Assembly (NCBI GenBank): GCA_030740155.1
Contig: JASLXV010000061.1
Location: 1-13,664 of the forward strand
From: Dehalococcoidia bacterium
GTDB taxonomy: Bacteria > Chloroflexota > Dehalococcoidia > Lucifugimonadales > UBA3495
Direction of reading: 5' to 3'
DNA: 13,664 nt
In this document: one piece after another, positions 6,761 through 13,664 of the stretch
How the letters are laid out: each line of letters begins with the position of its first letter
How positions within the stretch are numbered: position 1 is the first letter of the stretch
Translations under genes and position numbers: made by a program
Notes under the pieces: generated by a model
Told to the model about the DNA's origin: nothing
What the model saw: the letters and a program-made list of their open reading frames with translations, nothing else
Databases searched by the model: none

Positions 6761-6949
6761 ATGGTGCTGCAAATTACGGAAGCGAAAACGTGTTGCCACC
6801 ACTGGGATATTCAGCCAGCCCACGGCCCCGTCAGCTTGGGGACGTGCCGGAATTGCTGGCAGACACGCGAGTTTGTCAACTCCATTGAGGATTGGAGCTT
6901 TGACCCGTCGCTTGGCGAACGGACGACCGTAGACCCTGTCCTCGTTTAG
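6761..6949 (+). CDS. Small zinc-ribbon-like protein (62 aa)
   Basis: GGAGG SD (6751-6755) and ATG at 6761; motif CCHHWDI...GPVSLGTCRNC...REFVN supplies CxH and CxxC ligands. Confidence 0.8.
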   Translation: MVLQITEAKTCCHHWDIQPAHGPVSLGTCRNCWQTREFVNSIEDWSFDPSLGERTTVDPVLV

Positions 6950-6957
6950 TTGCTCCC

Positions 6958-7012
6958 CCGCCCCGTGTACGGCGGCGGCCTGATATAGCAGTCCCGTCAT
7001 CGCTGACGGTTT
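6958..7012 (+). terminator. Two hairpins between convergent genes; possible weak terminator
   Basis: CCGCCCCG-TGTA-CGGcGGCGG (6958-6978) and CCGTCA-TCGC-TGACGG-TTT (6994-7012). Confidence 0.35.
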
Positions 7013-7052
7013 ACAGTTAGCGGAAGCCGAACGGCCCAGGAGCGATTCAATC

Positions 7053-7841
7053 CTAGGGGTGCTTGATGCTGAGCCCGCCGTCCACGGCCCACGTCTGGCC
7101 GGTAACGTAAGCGGCGGCAGGAGAAGCCAGAAAGACTGCCAGATAGCCGGGCTCTTTGAGGGCGCCCACACGCCCCAGGGGAATGTCCCTCCGGCCAGCC
7201 TCCAGCCGGGCTTGAAATGCTTCGGCCGACATATGATCTGGGTCTGGAAAGAATCCCGGCGCTATGCTGTTGACTCGCACGCCGTGGGGAGCCCACTCTT
7301 GGGCTAAACTCTCGGTGAAGCGCATCAGCCCGGCTTTGGCTGCATCATAAGCGGACGTTCGAGGCTGTCCCCGGAAAGATGCCCAACTGGAGATGTTTAT
7401 CACGCTCCCACGGCCCCGCTCCAGCATGTGAGGTCCCAGTGCCCGGCAACCCTGAAATGCCTCGGTCAGGTTGACGTCTAAGATGTGACGCCACTCTCCC
7501 TCGGTCATCCCTTCAACATCGGTACCCGGTAGCCGCACCATTGGCTTGTGGACGCGGTCCCCAACGCAGTTGACCAGGGTATCCACGTGGCCGAATGCCT
7601 CCAGCACTTCACTGGCGATCCGGTCCATATCCGCGCTCTTGGTGGCGTCGCCAGTCAGAGGAAGGGCGGTGCGCCCCATGGCCCGCACCTCATTAGCAAC
7701 CAAGCCGACCCATGCTGAGGTCAGGGCGGTGACCGCCACGTCTGCACCTGCCTCGGCGAAGGCCAGGGCAATCCCCTTTCCGATGCCCCGCCCAGCGCCG
7801 ACCACCAAGACCTTTTGACCGGTTATCTCGAATACGGGCAT
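7053..7841 (-). CDS. Classical short-chain dehydrogenase/reductase (SDR), 262 aa
   Basis: VGAGRGIG nucleotide-binding motif, LDVNL, INISS, catalytic YDAAK, GVRVNSIAPG, YVTGQTWAVDGG. Start moved to the ATG at 7841 (GGAGG at 7857-7853). Confidence 0.95.
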   Translation of the reverse strand: MPVFEITGQKVLVVGAGRGIGKGIALAFAEAGADVAVTALTSAWVGLVANEVRAMGRTALPLTGDATKSADMDRIASEVLEAFGHVDTLVNCVGDRVHKPMVRLPGTDVEGMTEGEWRHILDVNLTEAFQGCRALGPHMLERGRGSVINISSWASFRGQPRTSAYDAAKAGLMRFTESLAQEWAPHGVRVNSIAPGFFPDPDHMSAEAFQARLEAGRRDIPLGRVGALKEPGYLAVFLASPAAAYVTGQTWAVDGGLSIKHP

Positions 7842-7998
7842 GCTTGTCGGAACCTCCGTTGGGCAGCTGAACGGCGCTGCGGTCGGGCCTTGGCTTCCCC
7901 TTGGAGCGCGGGGCTGCTGATGGTTGATGGAGGTCGCCGTATCCCTTGCTCTCTGGCTTGGGCGGCGGGCCGTGCAACCGGGCGACAACTCGGCTGGG

Positions 7999-8027
7999 AG
8001 TGTAACGAAGAAGGGCTACCCGGTCAA
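7999..8027 (-). promoter_or_regulatory. Sigma70-type promoter for the SDR
   Basis: Minus strand TTGACC (8027-8022), 17 nt, TACACT (8004-7999). Confidence 0.6.
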
Positions 8028-8199
8028 GCACCGCTGAGGTGGACCCCGGTCAATTGGCCAAGACTTAGGAGCCAGGCTTGTATCTATATAACCGGGCTCT
8101 CAAATTGGCGGCGCGCCCTTGGACAAAAGCCATATTGGTATATGTGGGACTTGTCCAGAGCCCGGCGGCAGAAAACCGCCCCGGTCCGGGCTGGACGCG

Positions 8200-8228
8200 T
8201 TGACAGCTTGTGGCCTTGGCCATACACT
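8200..8228 (+). promoter_or_regulatory. Sigma70-type promoter for the selenoprotein gene
   Basis: TTGACA (8200-8205), 17 nt, TACACT (8223-8228); palindrome TGGCC-TT-GGCCA (8211-8222) in the spacer. Confidence 0.7.
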
Positions 8229-8291
8229 CGGGTCCGTTAGGGCCGGTGTCTCCAATGGATGCCGCAACCCTTAGCCTGGGGAGGTGGAGCT

Positions 8292-9975
8292 ATGGCAACG
8301 TTACGGGTTCTGAATCCGGTGGCCGGCAAGCGGACGGACAACAAGAGCCGTCTCGCTCGGCGCGTCGGCGGCTTCGAGGGAAAGGTGATCGGCCTCTACG
8401 ACAACCGCAAACCCCACGGTGGGGTGGTGCTGGAGAGGCTGACGGGGCACTTGACCAGCCGGTTCCGGGACATCGAGGTGCGCCAGTACGTGGGCTCCAT
8501 CGGAGCAAGGGCCGTCGCTACCCCGGAGGACGCCGAGCGCATGGCCAGTGAATGCGACGCCGTCATCGGCGTCCGAGCCGATTGAGGGGGCTGTACGTCG
8601 TGGCTGGCCCACGACATGTCCCTGGTGGAGCAACGCGGGGTGCCGACCGTAAGCATAGTTTCCGGCGGCTTTGAAGAAGCCTGGCGCCGGAGCGCCGCGG
8701 CCTATGGCTTGGCGACGCTGCCCATGGTGGTGATCCCGCGGGTCATCACGAACCAACCCGCGGCCGACATCGACGCGATGGTGGATGCCAGCATGGAAGA
8801 ACTCATCTCCAGCCTCGCCGAGCCCGTCGAGGCCGGCCCCGTCATTGAGGAACTGGTGCCCCAAGCGGAGACCATCGACATCAAGGGCGACGACCTGCTG
8901 GACGCCTTCCACCGGATGAACGGCCTGTTCCTGGAGTATGAGTGGAGCGACGGCCTGCCCCTGGTGCCGCCGGCGCCCGAGCTTGTGGAACGGATGCTGA
9001 AGGCAACGGGTCGAGACCCTCAGGAAGTAGTCGCCGTCCTGGAACCCACCTTTGGCCTGGCCACCGTCGAGAAGATCGCCATCAACGCGGCCATGGCCGG
9101 CTGCAAGCCTGAGCATCTGCCCGTCCTCATCGCGGCGGTGCAGGCGATAGCGTCGCCTCCCTTCATGATGCGCGACGCCGCCGTCTCCACGGGCTCTCGC
9201 TCGCCCTTGCTGGTCGTCAACGGTCCCATCGCCAAGCGGCTGGGGCTCAACAGCGGAGCATGCGCCCTGCCCCGGCGCTCCTTCCTACGCGAACACGGTC
9301 ATCGGAAGGGCCCTGCGCCTCATCTACATGAACATCGCGGGGGTTTACGCGGGCGAGACCGATCCCAATACCACCGGTCTCCCCACCAAGTACAGCCTGT
9401 GTGTGGCGGAGAACGAGGACGCCAGCCCCTGGGACCCGTACCACGTGGAGATGGGGTTTGACTGTGACGTCAGCACGGTTACTGTGAAGACCGTCTACGG
9501 CTGCACCGAGACCCACGACAACAAGAGCACCGCGCCGGAGATGCTGGCGGACCTGGGAGTGGAGGCGGCCCGGTACATCGGAAGCGCCGGGATCGCCACC
9601 TGGCTCCTCGGAGGCACGGCGGACCCGGACACGAAACTGGAAGTGAACTCCCAGCAGGTGTGGCTGATGTGCCCGGACCACGCCCGGCTCATGGCCGACG
9701 CGGGTTGGAGCAAGCAGGACTTGAAGTCATACCTGTACCAGCACGCCACCCAGCCGGTGAAGGAGTTGCTTTCGCGCAAGGAGATCGTGAGGGACAGCCA
9801 CGGCAACTGGACCCAACGCGCTGAACTGCAATGGCTGGAAAACTACCCGGACCTGCAGGTGCCCACGGCCTCCAGCCCCGAAAGCTTCATCATCGTGGTG
9901 GTCGGAGGCCCCGGACCCAGGGGTGTCTACTTCTGGGGCAACGAGGAGGCGGTCACCGTTCCCATCGACGAGTAG
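8292..9975 (+). CDS. UGSC-family selenoprotein (U-G-G-C) fused to a C-terminal 'SDGLP..PP' domain; Sec at codon 98; apparent 2-nt frameshift at ~9269; ~561 aa when repaired
   Basis: SD GGAGGTGGAG and ATG at 8292. ...CDAVIGVRAD-TGA(8583-8585)-GGCTSWLAHDMSLVEQRGVPTV is in frame with ORF 8616 and matches the UGSC D-U-G-S-C-T..HD...E..G.P.V pattern. Restoring GG at 9269 gives GACALGPGAPSYANTVIGRALRLIYMN, continuous with ORF 9328-9975. Confidence 0.85.
8586..8622 (+). promoter_or_regulatory. Candidate bacterial SECIS element
   Basis: GTCGTGG (8597-8603)/CCACGAC (8609-8615) is a perfect 7-bp stem with loop CTGGC starting after 18 nt from the UGA; possible lower pairing GGGG/TCCC. Confidence 0.7.
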
Positions 9976-10042
9976 CGGGGGGTTGGCGATGGTGGGGGAC
10001 GGCCCGGCTAGTTCGCCCGCGTCACATCGGCGTGTACCTCTC

Positions 10043-10145
10043 CGTCATTCCGGCGAAGGCCGGAATCCAGGCGTGCCCCTCGCTACAAGGGCGATCGTCT
10101 CAGTGGAGCTTGCCCCTCTGGGTTCCGGCCTTCGCCGGAACGACG
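10043..10145. repeat. REP/REPIN-like inverted pair of palindromic units (GTCATTCC...GGAATCCA type)
   Basis: CGTCATTCCGGCGAAGGCCGGAATCCAG (10043-10070) and CTGGGTTCCGGCCTTCGCCGGAACGACG (10118-10145) are 26/28 complementary, each with an internal hairpin; located between convergent genes. Confidence 0.85.
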
Positions 10146-10317
10146 CGGGGAATGCCATTCTCACGATGTTCCTTATCCCCGAGACAAAGACCTAAGCGCG
10201 ACTGCGCGGCTGGGATAGGAAATCAATCCGCGCCGGCGCAACCATTCTTCATGCAAGACCGGGCTCAAGACATCAGCTATCCGGTGACTACCGGCTTTGT
10301 TGAGTGTGTCCAGGGTA

Positions 10318-10347
10318 CCGGGGATCTGCCGATAATCGGCCTCCCGG
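10318..10347 (-). terminator. GC-rich hairpin just after the URO-D-family stop codon, without a U-tract
   Basis: CCGGGGA-tct-GCCGA-TAA-TCGGC-c-TCCCGG. Confidence 0.3.
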
Positions 10348-10359
10348 GTCCGCCAACCG

Positions 10360-11502
10360 CTAATACCTCCCGTACTCCAGGGCTGAGTCGAACATGGCGA
10401 CGATGTTCTCCGGCGGCACGTCGGCCTGTATGTTGTGGACGGACGCCATGACGTAGCCGCCACCCGGCGCCAGGTCCCGCATCCTGGTCTTCACCTCGTT
10501 GCGGACGTCCTCCGGGGTGCCAGTGGGCAGCGCCCAGTGGGTGTCGATGGCGCCCCAGAAGCACAGGGAGTCGCCGAACTCAGCCTTGAGGCGTTGGGAG
10601 TCCATATCGTTGGCGGATACCTGCACCGGGTTTAGGGCATCGATGCCCACGTCTATCAGGTCCGGGATGATGCCGTAGACGGAACCGTCGCTGTGCATCA
10701 GCACCTTCGCCTTGGTCTTGCTCTTGATGGCCTCTACCAGGCGCCGGTGGTAGGGTTTGATCTTCTGTCGATACAGCTCAGGCCTCACGTAGGGGCGGTC
10801 CTGGAAACCCATGTCGTCGGGAAAAAGGACCACGTCCACGTATTCCCCAACCTCCTCCAGCAAGAACTCGGCGGTCCCGGCGGCCACCATGAGGGTGTGC
10901 TCCATGACGGCCTCCGCCAGCACCGGGTTGATCAGCAAGTCCTCCATCCACTCGGCGAAGCCCCTTACCCTCTGGCACTCGCGGACAATGGAGAAGGGCA
11001 AGCTCAGGACGATGGCGAAGTCCGTTTCCTCGCGAAGCTGGATGGCCCGTTCCTTGAGGCCCTTGATGCGGCCCGGGTCTTTGGGGTCCGGCCAGGTGTA
11101 TTTCTCCAGGTCGGATAGCGCCGGTTCCTTCGCTTGAAAGGGGCCGGCGGTGTTGATGTAGTGGCCGCCTTCGGGCCTGACCCATACCACCCCCCACTCG
11201 TCCCGGTAGGAGTGCTCGTCCAACACCACCTCCGGCCTCATCTCGGATTTACCCAGGGGCAGGGGCCGGGTGTCGATGTCGAAGCGGGTAAGGATCGCCT
11301 CCGAAATTGCGGCCGTGAGGTTTGGGCTCCTGGGGCGAATCTCGCCCGCCTCATCCTGGAGGCCCAGGTGTTCCACCAGGTTGGTGTAGGCGGTGATATT
11401 GATGTTCGCCGGGCCGGCGCCTCCCAGGTCCCGCGGGACCCGGTCCGCCTCCTCATGGTTGAGCGCCTTGGTGACCCTCTCTCGGTGGGATAAGGCCGTC
11501 AT
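10360..11502 (-). CDS. Uroporphyrinogen decarboxylase (URO-D)/MtaA-CmuA superfamily protein, likely a corrinoid-dependent methyltransferase component
   Basis: SHRERVTKALNHEEADRVP, DEWGVVW, YTWPDP, PDDMGFQ, MHSDGSV, LNPVQVSA, CFWGAIDT, GTPEDV, APGGGYVMASVHNIQADVPPENIVAM; GGAGGG SD. Confidence 0.92.
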   Translation of the reverse strand: MTALSHRERVTKALNHEEADRVPRDLGGAGPANINITAYTNLVEHLGLQDEAGEIRPRSPNLTAAISEAILTRFDIDTRPLPLGKSEMRPEVVLDEHSYRDEWGVVWVRPEGGHYINTAGPFQAKEPALSDLEKYTWPDPKDPGRIKGLKERAIQLREETDFAIVLSLPFSIVRECQRVRGFAEWMEDLLINPVLAEAVMEHTLMVAAGTAEFLLEEVGEYVDVVLFPDDMGFQDRPYVRPELYRQKIKPYHRRLVEAIKSKTKAKVLMHSDGSVYGIIPDLIDVGIDALNPVQVSANDMDSQRLKAEFGDSLCFWGAIDTHWALPTGTPEDVRNEVKTRMRDLAPGGGYVMASVHNIQADVPPENIVAMFDSALEYGRY

Positions 11503-11543
11503 GTCGAATTCCCTCCATCCACCGGGTTAGCCCCGGGGCTTGT

Positions 11544-12185
11544 TCACGAGGCGGTGACGCCAATCAGCGCCTTGGCCCGCTCCACCGCGGAGGCCGCTTC
11601 GGGGGCGTAGCCGTCGGCCCCGATCTGGGAGGCGTATTTCTCGTTGACGGGGGCCCCGCCCACCAGCACCTTCACCTGCTGCCTGAGTTCATTCTCCTTC
11701 AGATGGTCGATGGTGGCCTTCATCATGGGCATGGTGGTGGTGAGCAGCGCGGAGAGGCACAGGATGTCGGCGTTTCCTTCCTCCACCGCCTTGGCGAAGG
11801 CCTCCGGCGTCACGTCGCTCCCCAGGTCGTTGACCTCGAACCCCGCTCCTTCAAGCATCATGGCCACCAGGTTCTTTCCAATGTCGTGTAGGTCGCCCTT
11901 GATGGTGCCGATGACCACCAGTCCCAGGGATGTGTTCAGCCGGTCGGCCAGAAGAGGCTTGAGGAGGGCCATGGACCATTTCATGGCCCTGGCGGCTACC
12001 AGCACCTCCGGCACGTAGTATTCGAAGTTCTTGAACTTCTCACCCACGACCGCCATTCCGGGCACCAATCCCTGGTTGACGATCTCCAACGGGTCCATGT
12101 TCTCGGCCAGGGCCTGCTGGGTCCAAGTCTCGGCGGCTTTGGCGTCACCCTGGATGATGTGGTTACTCAACTCGCTGATGTCCAC
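11544..12185 (-). CDS. Corrinoid (cobalamin-binding) protein, MtaC/MetH B12-domain family
   Basis: Four-helix cap (GLVPGMAVVGEKFKNFEYYVPEVLVAARAMK), DxHxxG motif GDLHDIGKNLV, LSALLTTTM, VLVGGAPV, IGADGY; GTG start with AGGAGG SD. Confidence 0.96.
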   Translation of the reverse strand: MDISELSNHIIQGDAKAAETWTQQALAENMDPLEIVNQGLVPGMAVVGEKFKNFEYYVPEVLVAARAMKWSMALLKPLLADRLNTSLGLVVIGTIKGDLHDIGKNLVAMMLEGAGFEVNDLGSDVTPEAFAKAVEEGNADILCLSALLTTTMPMMKATIDHLKENELRQQVKVLVGGAPVNEKYASQIGADGYAPEAASAVERAKALIGVTAS

Positions 12186-12287
12186 GGTTGACCTCCTAAA
12201 TTGTGGTAGGCCGAAAAAGGTGTCCCGGAGCCCCTGCCGGCCGGTCGCCGGGTCCGGCCCGCCGTTGCGGGTGGGGCACTCCGGTGG

Positions 12288-13412
12288 TTACATCGTTATG
12301 GGGTATTTGCCGTACTCTTCCACCAACTCGCCAACGCGGATCACCCTTGAGAGTTTGGATGGGCCGGTCACGTTGTCGGCCACGCCAAGGATAAAGGCGT
12401 CGCCGGGGGCAATGGTCCTGAAGAGGTCCACCATGTACTCCTCGAACTCCTCATCCGAGACCAGGTCCTCCAGGATGGTGGAAGGCACCCCGCCCCAGAT
12501 GATCATGCTCGTTCCCCAGGCCTCGCGGGCCTCCTTTAGCGTGCAGTTTACCATCGGGGCCGTGGTGAAACACTCCACCATATCGTACCCGGCATCCGCG
12601 AAATGGCGCAGAATCTTCCGGCTGTCGTTGTCGGCATGGTGAACCAGTACCTTGTCGTGCCGGTGGAGCAGCTCGGCAAACTCTTTAATGTAGGGAGTGA
12701 TGTACTGCTCGAACAGCCGGGGAGGCGTTATCTGGGTGTCGTAATGGGCCCCGTGGCGGAGGAGCCGGGCCGGCGACGCGGCCACTATCGGCCAGAGTTC
12801 CTTCCGGTGTTTCTGGGTCATCACCTCGAAGAGCTGCTCCACCTTGTCCTGGTGGTCCACCAGGTCGTAGTACCCTTTCTCGTAGCCGGCCAAGTGCTCC
12901 AGGTAATCGTAGAAGGGGGACTCACCGGTGACGACCATCGGGTAACCGTCCTCTCCTATCTCTTCCTCGTAGGCCAGGTATTCCTCGTAGCAAGGGTAAT
13001 ACTCGGTGTTCTCAGCGATGTACATCATCACGTCGTAATCTTCGGGTGTCTTCAGCGGCCTCTCCGTGTCCAGGGGCGCGATACCGGCCTGGTCCAACTC
13101 CGGCGTCCTCTTCTTTCGGGAGGTGAGGGTGCCCACCGGGGTGATGTGCTCGGTGACAATCTCCATGCCTTCTCGCCGGACCACCGTGTCCACGTTCCGG
13201 CACCTGGTGGTGTAGACCCGCCCGTCCCGGGCCGGGTTACCCATCCCCAAGTCGCGCTCAATGTCCCTGAGCCGCCAGTTGGTGTACTTTTCGGGAAGCG
13301 TGCCCCGGTTCCGGTGGTAGAGCCACCACAGCTGGAGGCGGGGAATCCACGGTATGCGGTCAGGGCTCTTGCCGTCCATGATCGCCAGAATCCGCTCTCG
13401 GTTGGTCATCAT
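12288..13412 (-). CDS. Second URO-D/MtaA-CmuA superfamily protein
   Basis: MTNRERILAIMDGKSPDRIPW, TPVGTL, IGEDG, ITPPRLFEQYITPY, HHADND, IIWGGVPS, APGDAFILGVADNV. Confidence 0.88.
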   Translation of the reverse strand: MMTNRERILAIMDGKSPDRIPWIPRLQLWWLYHRNRGTLPEKYTNWRLRDIERDLGMGNPARDGRVYTTRCRNVDTVVRREGMEIVTEHITPVGTLTSRKKRTPELDQAGIAPLDTERPLKTPEDYDVMMYIAENTEYYPCYEEYLAYEEEIGEDGYPMVVTGESPFYDYLEHLAGYEKGYYDLVDHQDKVEQLFEVMTQKHRKELWPIVAASPARLLRHGAHYDTQITPPRLFEQYITPYIKEFAELLHRHDKVLVHHADNDSRKILRHFADAGYDMVECFTTAPMVNCTLKEAREAWGTSMIIWGGVPSTILEDLVSDEEFEEYMVDLFRTIAPGDAFILGVADNVTGPSKLSRVIRVGELVEEYGKYPITM

Positions 13413-13664
13413 TTTCTAATCCCTACTCCGGCGATTTACGCCGCTGCGGCCGGCTCGACGATCGGGCCGGCGGCCCGGATATCCAGGCGAATCGGCCGCC
13501 AAGCGCCTGGGTGCGCCCGCATTATGAGGTGGACCCCATCAGTTGGACAGGATTGGGGCGATATTAAGCGAGAGTCCCGCTGTCCCACCACAGTTTACCA
13601 TTGCTCTTCTGGGAGACCACCCCCTCTCGAATGGTTGTCTCGGTGATTCTGGCGAATCCAGGTG

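Noticed and set aside
7842..7988. N-terminal extension of the SDR in the ORF track
   Set aside because: Low-information sequence ahead of the Rossmann motif; the SD supports the ATG at 7841.
10360..13412. Annotation as hemE or mtaA/mtaC (methanogen-type pathway)
   Set aside because: The HemE RQAGR motif and the MtaA Cys zinc ligands are absent and the substrate cannot be inferred, so no gene symbols were assigned.
12603..13646. 347-aa + strand ORF (likewise 8301-9116 and 4682-5464 on the minus strand)
   Set aside because: Antisense shadows of well-supported genes in high-GC DNA.
13413..13664. Possible cobalamin riboswitch upstream of the corrinoid cluster
   Set aside because: GC-rich hairpins and a possible extended -10 (TGGTAAACT, minus strand, 13600-13592) are present, but no B12-box or GGGAA/GCCACTG core on the minus strand.

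Overview
GC-rich bacterial window; the gene content suggests Chloroflexota (Dehalococcoidia/SAR202-like), which is an inference. The left end (1-~1560) is a mobile-element junction. It holds the 5' end of a tyrosine integrase missing from the ORF track, an intact tRNA-Ala(TGC), three TGTTAACA repeats, and a minus-strand three-gene cassette (RHH protein, frameshifted hypothetical, HTH protein whose reading frame runs antisense into the tRNA). The middle carries a membrane protein, a YceI-family lipoprotein, a putative winged-helix protein, an MFS transporter, a SnoaL-like protein, a small Cys/His protein behind a structured leader, and an SDR. At 8292-9975, three listed ORFs are best read as one ~561-aa UGSC-family selenoprotein (in-frame TGA in AD-U-GGC, SECIS-like hairpin, one 2-nt frameshift). 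A REP-like inverted repeat follows, then a convergent URO-D-fold / corrinoid protein / URO-D-fold methyl-transfer cluster. Both clear frameshifts are G losses in G runs and may be sequencing errors. Family calls come from motif recognition only; no searches were run.
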